This document shows, piece by piece, positions 50,129 through 61,763 of a stretch of DNA of 64,000 bases. The notes beneath the pieces were generated by a model. The model did not search any database. It was not told the DNA's origin and saw only the letters and a program-made list of their open reading frames with translations. The position numbers were made by a program, and so were the translations under genes. The stretch comes from Nitrospirales bacterium. Lineage in GTDB: Bacteria; Nitrospirota; Nitrospiria; Nitrospirales; UBA8639. Where the stretch lies: NCBI GenBank assembly GCA_965223295.1, contig CBDCWC010000002.1, positions 864,001 to 928,000 of the forward strand. Direction: 5' to 3'. Every line of letters starts with the position of its first letter. The first letter of the stretch is position 1.

Positions 50129-50998
50129 ATGCCCTCTCCCCATAAGACTTCGAGCCTTTCTACAGAAAGGTTGACTGGATTACTCCCTTCAAAGACTCTC
50201 AATCAGTCTCTTTTCATTTTTGAGGAATTACCTTCCACTAATACGTTTGCCCTCGAGCTCGCAAAACATTCCGCACCCTCTGGCACAGCTGTCCTAGCTG
50301 ATCAACAAACAGCCGGACGAGGCCGCCTACAACGGTCATGGTTTTCCCCGCCAGAAACTAATATTTATGGATCCCTAATCTTTATAGTGGACACGCCTTT
50401 TCAAAGCCTAGGATGGATTCCTTTAATGGCAGGCACTGCAATTGCTGATGCTATCCAGCGGCAGACCAATATTCACATCACCCTCAAATGGCCAAACGAC
50501 ATTTTAGTTAACCAGCATAAAGTTGGGGGAGTGTTATGCGAATCCTTTGTTAACAGAGAAACAACAAAAACCTGTGTAGTCATTGGATTTGGCATCAATG
50601 TGAATCTCCCAAAATCGGCTTTTCTAAAAGACTTGCCGCCAATGACCACTTCCCTGCATCTTCATACAAAAGAGAGCCTAGATCGCCATCTTCTCCTTCA
50701 ATCCATTATTATGACGCTCGAACAGGCTTGGGACACTCTAATTTCAGAGGGACCCACCGCTTGCAAACTGGCATACAGCGCCTGCTGTAGCACTCTGGGG
50801 AATGAGGTTCACGTTCAATTTCCCGATGGCAGTCATCTAGAAGGTCAGGCACAATCCATCGGGAAACACGGACAATTGCAAGTCAGGCCGTCTACTTCTC
50901 GACAACAAGGAAGATCAGATGACCTTATAGATATCCACGCCGGAGACATTCTTCACCTTAGAAAACCTGAGCACGATCAATCCCAAGAATTAAAGTAA
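50129..50998 (+). CDS. birA: Biotin--protein ligase (no N-terminal HTH)
   Basis: STN, QTAGRGR, KWPND, KVGGVL, GFGINVN. Confidence 0.92.
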   Translation: MPSPHKTSSLSTERLTGLLPSKTLNQSLFIFEELPSTNTFALELAKHSAPSGTAVLADQQTAGRGRLQRSWFSPPETNIYGSLIFIVDTPFQSLGWIPLMAGTAIADAIQRQTNIHITLKWPNDILVNQHKVGGVLCESFVNRETTKTCVVIGFGINVNLPKSAFLKDLPPMTTSLHLHTKESLDRHLLLQSIIMTLEQAWDTLISEGPTACKLAYSACCSTLGNEVHVQFPDGSHLEGQAQSIGKHGQLQVRPSTSRQQGRSDDLIDIHAGDILHLRKPEHDQSQELK

Positions 50999-51017
50999 TA
51001 CAGGAGATTAATGCGTC

Positions 51018-51794
51018 ATGATTCTCGCTCTAGACATAGGAAATTCTCAAATCGTATGTGGAGTCTTTGAAAACGAGATTCTGATCGCCGATTGGCGACT
51101 ATCCACAGATCATGGCAAAACAGCAGATGAATATGGCATGACCATTCGCTCCCTCCTACGATTTGCCAAGATAGAACCTGTAAATCTAGAGGGATGTATT
51201 ATGAGCAGCGTCGTCCCTCCCATCACACAAGTACTTGAGACGGCTGCACATAATATCATCGGACAACCGCCCCTCATGGCCACCTCTTCATGCCCACATG
51301 GATTGACTCTCCGGTATGACAATCCAGAGGAAATAGGAACAGATCGGCTCGTAAACGCCGCTGCAGCATTTGCTCGCTATCAAAAACATCTCATTATCGT
51401 AGACTTTGGGACAGCGACAACGTTCTGCACAATTACCCAACAGGGAGAATACCTTGGTGGAGCTATTGCCCCTGGATTAAAAAGTGCAGCTGACTCCCTT
51501 CATCTCAAGACCGCAAAACTCCCTGAAGTGGACCTGGCAATTCCTCAATCGATCATTGGACGAAATACGGCAACTAGTATGCAATCCGGCATAATGTATG
51601 GCTATGCCGGCTTGGTTGATGAAATTGTCAAAAGAATCCAACAAGACATTCAAAAACCGACGTATGTCTTAGCGACCGGAGGACTTGCTTCGACAATCCT
51701 TCCAATTTCCCAGACAATTCAAGAAGTTAGACCTCAGCTTACGTTAGAAGGCCTCGCCTTGCTTTATGGTCGGATGGCTTCAGCTTGTGGATAA
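51018..51794 (+). CDS. coaX: Type III pantothenate kinase
   Basis: LDIGNS, SSVVP, IGTDR, VDFGTATT, GGAIAPG, ATGG. Confidence 0.95.
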   Translation: MILALDIGNSQIVCGVFENEILIADWRLSTDHGKTADEYGMTIRSLLRFAKIEPVNLEGCIMSSVVPPITQVLETAAHNIIGQPPLMATSSCPHGLTLRYDNPEEIGTDRLVNAAAAFARYQKHLIIVDFGTATTFCTITQQGEYLGGAIAPGLKSAADSLHLKTAKLPEVDLAIPQSIIGRNTATSMQSGIMYGYAGLVDEIVKRIQQDIQKPTYVLATGGLASTILPISQTIQEVRPQLTLEGLALLYGRMASACG

Positions 51795-51935
51795 CCTCCA
51801 CTACATCTTGCAGCCCCGATCTTTACTTTTAAAAATAAATAGAATTTTTAGCAGAATGGGTTGACTTGCCTACCTCAGTGACTATCTGACCAAGGAATGC
51901 GGAAATTCATATCACCTCTGAAAATGTAACGATTT

Positions 51936-52589
51936 ATGACCCTGTTTTCTGAAGAAAGTCAGCCGGCATCAACCTCTGAAGCCAGCTTGGAAGAGACGCC
52001 TGCTGAAACAGATTCCTCAAAACAACAAGAACAAAATGAAGAATTGGAATCCCTAACAACAAAAGACAATTCTCAAACAGCAGAGCAGCAAGCTCAAGAA
52101 GAACTTCAAGTTTATAAAGATAAATACATGCGGCTGGCCGCAGAATTTGAAAATTACAAACGACGAGCACAAAGAGATCAAAGCGATGCCATTCGCTATG
52201 CCAATGAATCCTTATTAAAAAGTTTACTATCTACTATTGATAATCTAGAACGAGCTATGCAAAGCGGCAAAACTGCAGGCGAGACAGGCCCTTTACTGGA
52301 AGGAATAGAACTGACGTACAAACACTTTCTTGAAACCGTAGGCAAATTAGGAGTGCGGCAAATTACTAGCATAGAAACATCATTTGACCCCAGCATGCAT
52401 CAAGCCGTTGCACAAGTAGAGTCGGAGACCGCAAAACCGAACACCATCGTAGAAGAATTTCAGAAGGGATATTTTTTACATGACCGCATCTTGCGCCCGG
52501 CCATGGTCACCGTGGCCAAGGAACAATCTAGTAAAACCGAGCCACCAACGGCACCAGACGCTGGCAAAGAGGGAGGAATAGAAGCATGA
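51936..52589 (+). CDS. grpE: Nucleotide exchange factor GrpE
   Basis: [40 protein letters not shown]. Confidence 0.96.
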   Translation: MTLFSEESQPASTSEASLEETPAETDSSKQQEQNEELESLTTKDNSQTAEQQAQEELQVYKDKYMRLAAEFENYKRRAQRDQSDAIRYANESLLKSLLSTIDNLERAMQSGKTAGETGPLLEGIELTYKHFLETVGKLGVRQITSIETSFDPSMHQAVAQVESETAKPNTIVEEFQKGYFLHDRILRPAMVTVAKEQSSKTEPPTAPDAGKEGGIEA

Positions 52590-54529
52590 GTAAAATTATC
52601 GGAATTGATTTAGGCACAACGAACTCCTGTGTGGCGGTGATGAGCGGAGGAGACCCAAGCGTCATTGCGAATTCAGAAGGGGCTCGGACAACGCCATCCG
52701 TTGTTGGCATCACGGACAAGGATGAACGATTGATTGGACAAATTGCAAAACGGCAAGCTATCACCAATCCGGAAAACACGATTTTTTCCGTCAAACGCCT
52801 CATGGGACGAAAAACATCTTCTCGTGAAGTGCAGGAAGCTAAAGAACGCCTACCCTATAAAATTGTTGAGGGAAGTAATGGCGATGCCTACGTACAAATC
52901 CGTGATAAAAAATATAGCCCGGCTGAAGTCTCCGCCATGATCCTTCAAAAAATGAAGCAAACAGCTGAAGATTATTTAGGCGAAACCGTAACCGATGCCG
53001 TCATTACCGTACCCGCGTATTTTGACGACAGCCAACGACAAGCCACAAAAGATGCTGGACAAATCGCTGGGCTTAATGTCTTACGAATCATCAACGAGCC
53101 CACTGCAGCATCCTTAGCCTATGGCCTCGACAAGAAAAAAGACGAGCGGATCGCGGTGTATGACCTTGGCGGCGGCACCTTCGATGTTTCGATCTTGGAG
53201 ATTGGTGAAGGCGTCTTTGAAGTCAAAGCCACAAACGGAGATACATTTTTAGGAGGGGACGACTTTGACCTGCGCGTCATTGACTGGCTTGTGGAGGAAT
53301 TCAAAAAAGATCAGGGGATAGACCTTCGAAATGACCGAATGGCCTTGCAACGCCTTAAAGAAGCGGCCGAACGGGCAAAAATTGAATTGTCTAGCTCACA
53401 AGAAACTGAAATAAACTTACCGTTTATCACAGCCGATGCTAGCGGGCCTAAGCACTTGGTGCTCAAGCTTACCCGATCAAAGTTCGAGCAGTTAGTGGAC
53501 GATCTGATTGAACGATCAATTGAACCGTGCAAAAAAGCCTTGGCTGATGCCGAATTGACCACCGGCGATATCAATGAAATCGTATTGGTTGGCGGCATGA
53601 CCCGCATGCCAAAAGTCATCGAGCGAGTCAAGCAGTTCTTTGGCAAAGAACCGCATAAGGGTGTGAACCCTGATGAAGTCGTGGCAATTGGAGCAGCCAT
53701 TCAAGGTGGCGTACTGAAAGGTGATGTCAAAGACGTCTTGTTGCTAGACGTCACACCGCTTTCGCTGGGCATTGAAACGTTGGGTGGGGTCTTCACGAGG
53801 CTCATTGAACGTAACACCACGATTCCTACAAAAAAGAGCCAAATATTTTCCACAGCCGCAGATAACCAAACCGCCGTCACCATCCGCGTCTTCCAAGGTG
53901 AACGTGAAATGGCCAATGACAATAAGTTATTAGGCCAATTTGATCTGGTCGGGCTTCCTCCAGCACCACGGGGAATGCCGCAAATTGACGTGACGTTTGA
54001 TATTGATGCCAACGGGATTGTGCATGTATCCGCCAAAGACATGGCGACTCAAAAGGAACAATCAATTAAGATCACCGCGTCCAGTGGCTTGAGTAAAGAA
54101 GAAGTCGAACGCCTGGTGAAAGATGCTGAAGCTCATACTGAAGAAGACAAAAAGAAACGGGAGTTGGTTGAGCTAAGGAATCAAGCTGATACACTGATAT
54201 ACAGTACCGAAAAGAATTTAAGTGAACATGGCGATAAAATAAGTGAGGAAGAAAAAACGAACATTACGACCGCCATTGATGGCTTAAAAAAATCTCTCGA
54301 GGAAGAAAATATCGAAGCCATTAACACTGCGATGCAAAACCTCACCACCGCATCACACAAATTGGCTGAAGAAATGTATAAGAAAGCTTCTGAAGATGGC
54401 GCCGAGTCTGGAGGAACAGGGTCTGACGGTGACGCTGGACCATCTGCTTCGGGACCAGAAGATGCTTCAGGGGCTGATGAAAAAGTCGTTGATGCTGAAT
54501 TTGAAGAAGTTGACAAAGGAAAAAGTTAA
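52586..54529 (+). CDS. dnaK: Chaperone DnaK
   Basis: [32 protein letters not shown]. Confidence 0.99.
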   Translation: MSKIIGIDLGTTNSCVAVMSGGDPSVIANSEGARTTPSVVGITDKDERLIGQIAKRQAITNPENTIFSVKRLMGRKTSSREVQEAKERLPYKIVEGSNGDAYVQIRDKKYSPAEVSAMILQKMKQTAEDYLGETVTDAVITVPAYFDDSQRQATKDAGQIAGLNVLRIINEPTAASLAYGLDKKKDERIAVYDLGGGTFDVSILEIGEGVFEVKATNGDTFLGGDDFDLRVIDWLVEEFKKDQGIDLRNDRMALQRLKEAAERAKIELSSSQETEINLPFITADASGPKHLVLKLTRSKFEQLVDDLIERSIEPCKKALADAELTTGDINEIVLVGGMTRMPKVIERVKQFFGKEPHKGVNPDEVVAIGAAIQGGVLKGDVKDVLLLDVTPLSLGIETLGGVFTRLIERNTTIPTKKSQIFSTAADNQTAVTIRVFQGEREMANDNKLLGQFDLVGLPPAPRGMPQIDVTFDIDANGIVHVSAKDMATQKEQSIKITASSGLSKEEVERLVKDAEAHTEEDKKKRELVELRNQADTLIYSTEKNLSEHGDKISEEEKTNITTAIDGLKKSLEEENIEAINTAMQNLTTASHKLAEEMYKKASEDGAESGGTGSDGDAGPSASGPEDASGADEKVVDAEFEEVDKGKS

Positions 54530-54600
54530 GAACACGTCCTCATGATGCCGCAGCTATGTCATTTATTCCATCCTCAGCAGGTCGTTGTTAGGCTCTATTA

Positions 54601-55725
54601 ATGTCACAAACAGGAAAACGTGATTACTACGACGTGCTGGGGGTGGACCGAAATGCTTCGGACGATGACATAAAGAAAGCCTTCAGAAAACTCGCCAGAC
54701 AACATCACCCAGATCTCCACTCAGAACCCGACAAGAAAAAAGCTGCCGAGGAAAAGTTCAAAGAAGCAGGGGAAGCCTACGAAGTCCTCAGCGATGCTGA
54801 TCGTCGTAAGAAGTACGACATGTTTGGGCATGCTGCGGCGGGGCAAGGCGGCGGGGCGGAAGGCTTTGGCTTTGGAGGCGGTGGGTTTGGAGATGTCTTC
54901 GGTGATATCTTTGAAGACTTCTTTGGAGGCGGACGTGGCCGAAGCCGTGCCGAACAAGGCAATGATCTTCAATATAATCTGGAAATTTCTTTTGAAGAAG
55001 CGATTAACGGGAAAGAAGCGAAACTGAAAATTCCCCGCTGGGAAGTTTGCGACTCGTGTAAAGGAACTGGAGCGAAATCCGAACAGTCGATTCAATCATG
55101 TTCAGCCTGTCGTGGCTCAGGGCAAATACGTCTGCAGCAAGGATTTTTTACGATCAACCGAACGTGCGGACAATGCCAAGGGGCTGGAAAAATCATTGCC
55201 GACCCATGCAAGACTTGCCGGGGGCAAAAGCGCGTCCATAAGGAGCATGTGCTCTCCGTCACGATTCCAGCAGGCGTAGAGTCAGGAATGCGCTTGCGTC
55301 TTTCACATGAGGGCGAGCACGGGATGAATGGAGGGCCGCCAGGGGATCTTTATGTCGCACTGACCGTTAAACCTCATACCCATTTCGTACGAAAAGGCCA
55401 AGATATCTTGTATGACCGCCGTCTTCATTTTGTGACAGCGACGCTGGGGGGCCGGGTTGAAGTCCCAACATTAGAGGGAACCACAATGGTCAAAATTCCC
55501 GAAGGCACGCAACATGATCAAGTTCTTCGGTTAAAAGGCCTTGGAGCGCCAGGTCTTAAGTCACAAACTCGCGGAGACCAATTAGTCAGAATTAAAATTG
55601 ATATTCCCACCAAACTTACACCCCGACAGAGAGAACTTCTGAATACCTTTGCCGAAGAAAGCGGTGTCTCTACAGATCAACAAGGGGAAGGTCTCTTTGA
55701 CAAAGTGAAAAATCTGTTTGACTAA
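54601..55725 (+). CDS. dnaJ: Chaperone DnaJ
   Basis: HPD J-domain, G/F-rich region, four CxxCxGxG-type motifs. Confidence 0.98.
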   Translation: MSQTGKRDYYDVLGVDRNASDDDIKKAFRKLARQHHPDLHSEPDKKKAAEEKFKEAGEAYEVLSDADRRKKYDMFGHAAAGQGGGAEGFGFGGGGFGDVFGDIFEDFFGGGRGRSRAEQGNDLQYNLEISFEEAINGKEAKLKIPRWEVCDSCKGTGAKSEQSIQSCSACRGSGQIRLQQGFFTINRTCGQCQGAGKIIADPCKTCRGQKRVHKEHVLSVTIPAGVESGMRLRLSHEGEHGMNGGPPGDLYVALTVKPHTHFVRKGQDILYDRRLHFVTATLGGRVEVPTLEGTTMVKIPEGTQHDQVLRLKGLGAPGLKSQTRGDQLVRIKIDIPTKLTPRQRELLNTFAEESGVSTDQQGEGLFDKVKNLFD

Positions 55726-55763
55726 GCCACTTACTCAGGTGTAGATCTCAACGCTTCGCTTAC

Positions 55764-56498
55764 ATGCCTGTCTTTTTCATCCATTCCACCGATGTTGGGA
55801 ATGGAGTCGTCAGAGTCACCAATCCCCTCCTTAGCCATATCTCAAAAAGCTTACGCACAAAGCTGGGAGATGAACTTCTCTTCAATGATGATCAAGGATT
55901 CCGTTATCATACGACAATTAGTCAGATTACCAAGCAGACCCTACAGGCCACTGTCCAACAGATAGAATCCTCCCCCTGCTCTACTCGTCCTCCCATCGTT
56001 CTTGGGCAAGCTCTTTTGAAAGGAGAAAAGATGGGATGGGTCATTCAAAAAGCGACCGAACTGGGTATAGCTACGATCATCCCCCTCACGACAGATCGCG
56101 TCGTTCCCAAGTTGTCTGTCAAACAAGAAGAAACTCATCGAGAACGTTGGAAACGAATTGCGAGAGAAGCAGCACAACAAAGCGAACGATGGACTCTGCC
56201 AGCTATTTCACCAATACAACCCTTCCAAACATTCCTTGAAAGATCACAACAGGGGCTACGGATTCTTATGGCAGAACGTCTAGATGCTCCATCACTCTTA
56301 ACCCTACCGTATTCCAATGGACAAACAGATTCTGGGGTCACAGTACTTATTGGACCGGAAGGTGGATGGTCCAAAGAAGAAATAGAAACCGCGAAATCTT
56401 ACCAATGGGCATTCGCATCTTTTGGAAAAGGAATTTTACGTGCAGAAACCGCAAGTCTCGCAGCCTTGGCTATTCTGCAAGCACGATTCAATAGATGA
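55764..56498 (+). CDS. rsmE: 16S rRNA m3U1498 methyltransferase
   Basis: QKATELG, EAAQQS, IGPEGG, ILRAETA. Confidence 0.95.
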   Translation: MPVFFIHSTDVGNGVVRVTNPLLSHISKSLRTKLGDELLFNDDQGFRYHTTISQITKQTLQATVQQIESSPCSTRPPIVLGQALLKGEKMGWVIQKATELGIATIIPLTTDRVVPKLSVKQEETHRERWKRIAREAAQQSERWTLPAISPIQPFQTFLERSQQGLRILMAERLDAPSLLTLPYSNGQTDSGVTVLIGPEGGWSKEEIETAKSYQWAFASFGKGILRAETASLAALAILQARFNR

Positions 56499-56534
56499 AC
56501 TCTGGGGGTTCTTTGAGGTAGAAAGACCAGACGA

Positions 56535-57536
56535 CTAAGAATCTGAAGCTTGAGTAGGCGTTAATTGAAAATGAAGAATGGTTCCATGATCGCCAACGGC
56601 AAACCCTTGTGCAGCATCGGGAAGGGAGAGACCATACAATGTTTCTGTATTCAATGGTTCAACCTCTTCCCACGTAAATCCTGCATCTTCGGTCAACAGA
56701 ACTGTTCCGCGTTCGCCAATAATCCGGCCACTCAATGGTGTAGAAAATTGAATATCAACTAAGTCAGCCGGCTTCAGACAGGGACTCCCACAGGCGCGCG
56801 CCCGATCAACCCAATCTTTTCCAGCATTAAGAGTTTGGAAAATCGAACCTTGCGTGCCTACTGCCCAACCTGAAACCGCATCCGTAAACGTAATATCAAA
56901 GAATGTGGCAGGGCTATCTGTTGTTTGAGCCCTCCAAGAGGTTCCTCCATCATGTGTCACCAAAATTGTTCCAATGGCCCCGACGGCCCATCCTTGCTTC
57001 TCATCTATAAAGTGCACACCAAATAGATCAGACGTGACCCCACTATCTTGATCATCCCAGGTCTCTCCCCCATCGTTGGTGAACAAAATTACACCACGTG
57101 CCCCGACGATCCATCCTTGCCGAGCGGAAAGGAAAAATGCTCCATATAAGGTGCTATTCGTCCCACTGGCCTGGGGCATCCACTGAGCCCCTCCGTTGCT
57201 CGTGTGAAGCAATGTACCATTCTGTCCGAGAATCCAACCATGTTGTCCACCAGCAAACGTAACCGCCGTTAATAACATGTTGGTCCTTCGCGGAGCTTTC
57301 TTCCAAGTGGCACCGCCATCTGTTGTGTACAACATGGTTCCCCCGGCACCAACCACCCATCCCTGTTTCGCATTTGGGAAATGCACATCCAACAAAGTTC
57401 CCGGCGCGGGACTCTTCTGAAGCTCCATTATCAATGAAGATTCTTGGGCCACCCCTACCAACGGCACGCTGACAATACACATAAGAAATACGGTCACCCT
57501 AACACATACAGCGTTCATCACTATCTTTTTCAACAT
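56535..57536 (-). CDS. Exported YCF48/BNR-repeat beta-propeller protein
   Basis: Repeated GW.VG..G.IL.T.DGG.TW; signal peptide; start set at MLKKIV. Confidence 0.85.
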   Translation of the reverse strand: MLKKIVMNAVCVRVTVFLMCIVSVPLVGVAQESSLIMELQKSPAPGTLLDVHFPNAKQGWVVGAGGTMLYTTDGGATWKKAPRRTNMLLTAVTFAGGQHGWILGQNGTLLHTSNGGAQWMPQASGTNSTLYGAFFLSARQGWIVGARGVILFTNDGGETWDDQDSGVTSDLFGVHFIDEKQGWAVGAIGTILVTHDGGTSWRAQTTDSPATFFDITFTDAVSGWAVGTQGSIFQTLNAGKDWVDRARACGSPCLKPADLVDIQFSTPLSGRIIGERGTVLLTEDAGFTWEEVEPLNTETLYGLSLPDAAQGFAVGDHGTILHFQLTPTQASDS

Positions 57537-57584
57537 ATATCCAGTAGCCTCATCCAATTCAAAAAGCCAAAATTAAACCCTGCT

Positions 57585-59237
57585 TTACTGAGCTCGACCT
57601 TTTTCCTTCCAATAATCCATATCGGGAAGTCCACGCCGTAGAATTTTGAACGGCCCACCCACCACCGTGATCCATTGCTTTGGAGTACAGCAATCTCCGG
57701 TTGGTAAGATATCCCAAGATCCACGCTTCACAAGGAGTGTCCCTTCCATCATATTCAAGTCAAACCCCCCTGGATGGCCAACCCCATAAGACTGCCGTCG
57801 GGGTATACGCGCTTGAATTTCCGTGTCACTCCAAGACACCACTATGGCTGCTAACCCGTTAATTAAGACTTCGGTGCGAGAAACATCTTCTCCCAGTCGA
57901 TAGTTCTGCCAAGAATGCGCTTGCTGGTTCAGCGAAAGCCTAGCCGCTTCAGATATTTTGAGAAACTCACCAAATCCAGAACCCTTGATCGTGACAATTT
58001 CATCCAGCCCACCCTCTTTCGGTGTGTAGTCATGAATTTCCGGTCGCACAACTGTAAACTCACCAGCCTCATATTTCACAACTTCTTCACGGGCACAACA
58101 GGTCCCATCGGCATTGGGAATGCCCCCACCACGCTTTACCACTATCGGACCACTTTTGGCGCTAAACGGTACCCACACATCAATTTGATCATCTAACCAA
58201 CGATGAATCACAGCAGGCATCCCACCAATCTCAACACCATTATTGGCCGCTTCAAAGTCAAAGGCGTAGGCCGTCTCACCACCCTCAGAGTGAACACCAA
58301 AATTCTTACCTCGAATAATTACCAACGTTCCAATGGGACCGCGTTTCGGAAAAAATTCACTCACTTGGGTCTCCACAACATCAAAATTTCCGATCATGCG
58401 ATCCTGCCCGTCACGATGTAAAACTAGCGCGCCAGACTTAGCATTCAAGGGAACATGGACCACGATCGTCCGATCAGTCCATTGCGCAATGGCGGCAGGT
58501 TGCCCACCAAAAGAAATGCGTCCATCCTTGGGCATCGTACCGAAACTTTGCCCTGCTAATACGACCTTACTCCCTATGGGGCCTTGTTGCGGATCATAGG
58601 CAATAGGAGGAATCACAGTTAACGGCATCGTATTGCTGACCACATACTCAACTGGAGCACAGCACGAACCATTGGGCAACGGATCACTCGAAGCTAAACG
58701 GACCTGGACATCTCCGGTTTTCGCATTCGCCGGAATCTGCACTTCTATTTTGTTGGGCCGCCACCGTCGCACTTCAGCCCGAATGCCGTTAATTAACACC
58801 TGGTTCACACCAAACATCGTATTAGGATCACGCGAACCCGCTGTATTGCCAAAATTCTCGCCTTCAATCGTTACCAAGGAGCCGGCTTCGACTTCCGATG
58901 GGGCCACATTTGTAATCTTCACAGCTTGCAGCGTAAAGGTTCCAGCTTCCTGTTTTTCTGAACCATTCATCACCAAGACAGGGCCAGACGAGGCCTTCAA
59001 AGGCACTTTCACCAAGATAAAGTCTGGCTCCCACGACTGAATCAAGGCCGGCACTCCCTGAAACTCCACCCGGTTATCTTGGGTATTCTTAAAATCCCCA
59101 AACCCTCCTCCACTAATCGTGACGGTCGTACCGGGCGGACCTTCGGCTGGAAAAATCTCTGCCTGGACAATCGAACTTAACAAGAAGCAGAAAAGAACTG
59201 ATGCCCCCATCAACGAAAGACGCGAAATCTGTTTCAT
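57585..59237 (-). CDS. Exported IPT/TIG repeat protein with three CC motifs
   Basis: Repeated P..G..G..V.I.G..FG and W....I.V.VP..A.SG; NGSCC, DGTCC, TGDCC; start set at MKQIS. Confidence 0.85.
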   Translation of the reverse strand: MKQISRLSLMGASVLFCFLLSSIVQAEIFPAEGPPGTTVTISGGGFGDFKNTQDNRVEFQGVPALIQSWEPDFILVKVPLKASSGPVLVMNGSEKQEAGTFTLQAVKITNVAPSEVEAGSLVTIEGENFGNTAGSRDPNTMFGVNQVLINGIRAEVRRWRPNKIEVQIPANAKTGDVQVRLASSDPLPNGSCCAPVEYVVSNTMPLTVIPPIAYDPQQGPIGSKVVLAGQSFGTMPKDGRISFGGQPAAIAQWTDRTIVVHVPLNAKSGALVLHRDGQDRMIGNFDVVETQVSEFFPKRGPIGTLVIIRGKNFGVHSEGGETAYAFDFEAANNGVEIGGMPAVIHRWLDDQIDVWVPFSAKSGPIVVKRGGGIPNADGTCCAREEVVKYEAGEFTVVRPEIHDYTPKEGGLDEIVTIKGSGFGEFLKISEAARLSLNQQAHSWQNYRLGEDVSRTEVLINGLAAIVVSWSDTEIQARIPRRQSYGVGHPGGFDLNMMEGTLLVKRGSWDILPTGDCCTPKQWITVVGGPFKILRRGLPDMDYWKEKGRAQ

Positions 59238-59767
59238 AGTGCCAACAACCTTATGAATGAAAATAATGTGAGAAAATGTATAAGATATTCCTGACTTCTC
59301 AAAATCAACCAAACCAGAAGACCAACCTAAATCTGAGGGGCACCAACAACCGAGGTGGGACCAAGCAGTAGAGGTGGATAACCGACTATATCAAGGCCTC
59401 TTTTTTTTCGTCAATTTATAGGATTTCACCCATCATTTATGGATAACAATGACATTAAGCCTTCTTCTTTTCCTCATTTCCAAATTTGGCTATCATGCCT
59501 AAATAATTTTCTATATTGCCGCAGTTCATCTCGGCGGTCGAACTTGCTGTTTTTAAACTGATTACATGAGATGGATCAGATACTAGTTTTTGGGGGTGCA
59601 TACCAACTCGCTACGCTCAAATAGGGCCCGGATAAGGATACGAGCATCCTCCCATTGGCTAATCAGCAGGCATCAGATACTCTGTGCCCTATTCAAGAAG
59701 ATGGGTAGCATAGGCTAAAATTACAAGGGATATTTAGGGAAAGGGTAATAAGCATAATCAAGAGGGA

Positions 59768-59958
59768 GGGACTGTTGAATAATGATGATATCAACGGCCA
59801 CATTTAGCCTCTGCGGTGTCACATGTCAGAGGCTTCGGGTCTGTTCAAAAAAGTCCGTTCAGCAAGGCCACAGCCATGTTTGCGCGCGGAGCGTTCTGGT
59901 ACTACGTGAGCACGGAATAATGGCGAGAACGCCGGCGGCGGCTTTTTTCAACAGACCC
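59768..59958 (+). repeat. MITE family B copy
   Basis: GGGACTGTTGA...GGGTCTGTTCAAAAAAG...CTTTTTTCAACAGACCC. Confidence 0.85.
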
Positions 59959-59972
59959 AGAGAGAAAACCAC

Positions 59973-61004
59973 ATGAGCTGCTCTTCGTGCATCAAAATAT
60001 GTGGCCGAATCATGCTGATCTTCATGTTGGCTATTCCGAGTTGCACCAACGCGATCACGCATGGGGCAGAAGCTGAACTCAATCCGGCTAACATCACAGA
60101 ATGGAAGGTGCCCTGGGAGAACACGCGGCCAAGAGATCCCTATGTGGATCAGCAAAACAGGGTGTGGTTTGTTGGCCAGACGGGGGATTACATTGCGATG
60201 CTCGATGTAAAGGCCAGTATGTTTGAACAATTCCCGTTAGATCCTGACACGGGTCCACATAATTTAATTGTCGATAAGCAGGGGATTATCTGGTATGCCG
60301 GTAACCGTGCTGCACATATTGGCAAACTCAATCCTATGAGCAACCACATCACCAAATATGCCATGCCTAATTCTTCGGCCAGCGATCCACACACCCTTGT
60401 CTTTGGAAAACCCAACGAAATCTGGTTTACCGTCCAACAGGGAAACTATATCGGACAGTTGAACATGAATACAGGAAGTGTTCTGCTCACCCCGCTCCTC
60501 ACACAGAACGCACGGCCCTATGGGATCGTCGTAAATACTACAGACACACCATGGTTCACCGAATTCGGCACGAATAAGCTTGGCACCATAGATTCAACAA
60601 CGAAATCCGTACGGGAAATTTCACTCCCCCGAAAAACTGCACGGCCGAAACGACTCGGCATCACCTCAGATGGTGCAGTCTGGTATGTGGACTATGCCGA
60701 AGGATATCTCGGGAGATACATTCCCACCACAAAAAAAGTGAAAGAATGGCTATCTCCAGGAGGAGAAGAGGCACGTCCGTATGGCATGGCCGTCGATAAT
60801 CAAGATCGTGTGTGGTATGTGGAGACAGGTGTGTATCCCAATCGTCTCGTAGGCTTTGACACAAAAGCTAAACAGGTTATGAGCATCACAAACATCCAAA
60901 GTGGAGGGGAAACCGTTCGACATATAATTTACCACCAGCCCACACAAACGCTCTGGTTCGGCACGGATGCGAACACCATTGCTCGCGTGACCCTCTCCCA
61001 ATAA
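59973..61004 (+). CDS. Exported Vgb (virginiamycin B lyase)-like beta-propeller
   Basis: RPRDP, GPHNL, DPHTL, RPYGI repeats with WF/WY; signal peptide. Confidence 0.85.
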   Translation: MSCSSCIKICGRIMLIFMLAIPSCTNAITHGAEAELNPANITEWKVPWENTRPRDPYVDQQNRVWFVGQTGDYIAMLDVKASMFEQFPLDPDTGPHNLIVDKQGIIWYAGNRAAHIGKLNPMSNHITKYAMPNSSASDPHTLVFGKPNEIWFTVQQGNYIGQLNMNTGSVLLTPLLTQNARPYGIVVNTTDTPWFTEFGTNKLGTIDSTTKSVREISLPRKTARPKRLGITSDGAVWYVDYAEGYLGRYIPTTKKVKEWLSPGGEEARPYGMAVDNQDRVWYVETGVYPNRLVGFDTKAKQVMSITNIQSGGETVRHIIYHQPTQTLWFGTDANTIARVTLSQ

Positions 61005-61207
61005 GATTTTTACTAGTGGAAGCTCAAAAACAGGAATTTGTCACAGCACATTTTTCGATTCCTAGGCAACACGTTTCTAGCTCTTATTCAGGAAATTTTT
61101 CAATGTCCTATGGCTCCAAAAACATTGCAGCCAATCCGTGATGGTGGTTAGCCAGTTTTTAAATACTTTCTCAAAGGTACGCATTCCTTAATAAGTGAGA
61201 CATCACT

Positions 61208-61705
61208 ATGAAAACCTTGTATCTAGTTCGCCACGCCAAGTCCTCCTGGAATAATGCGAACATTTCTGACCACGATCGGCCTCTCAACGATCGAGGGGAA
61301 CATGATGCCCCTCGTATGGGAAAACGGTTGCGCAAACGCAAGCCACTACCTTCGATTATCATCGCAAGTTCAGCTGTTCGTGCTGAAACCACGGCAACGA
61401 TTTTGGCGGAGATGATTGAGTATCCTCTATCTGGTTTGAAGATTGACGAACGCCTGTACGGCGCTGAGCCAAAAGACGTGATTAGCATTCTTCATGAACT
61501 CGACAACGCCATTGATAGCGCTATGCTCGTTGGTCATAACCCAACCTTTACCCACCTGATTAATTCCCTAGGAAATTGTGAGATTCAAAATGTGCCAACC
61601 TGTGGCATGGCAGTACTGACTTTCCCAACAGTACATTGGTCAAAAATTTCCGAAGTTCAAGGAGAACTTTTGGATTTCGACTACCCAAAGAAACACACAA
61701 ATTGA
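61208..61705 (+). CDS. sixA: Phosphohistidine phosphatase SixA
   Basis: LVRHAKS, DHDRPL..RG, SSAVRA, VGHNP. Confidence 0.9.
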   Translation: MKTLYLVRHAKSSWNNANISDHDRPLNDRGEHDAPRMGKRLRKRKPLPSIIIASSAVRAETTATILAEMIEYPLSGLKIDERLYGAEPKDVISILHELDNAIDSAMLVGHNPTFTHLINSLGNCEIQNVPTCGMAVLTFPTVHWSKISEVQGELLDFDYPKKHTN

Positions 61706-61763
61706 GTAGGGATCATTTTCCCAACCAACCTCATCCCACACCAGAAATCATAATGTTCCTTTG

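Noticed and set aside
51795-51935. CIRCE element or hrcA before grpE-dnaK-dnaJ
   Set aside because: No TTAGCACTC-N9-GAGTGCTAA and no hrcA ORF; only an isolated TTAGCA and a TTGACT hexamer.
46425-56498. valS-nadC-birA-coaX and grpE-dnaK-dnaJ-rsmE clusters as novel
   Set aside because: Ordinary, widely conserved housekeeping arrangements.
59590-59700. REP-like segment (ACTCGCTACGCTCAAA...)
   Set aside because: Single copy in the window, so its boundaries cannot be supported.
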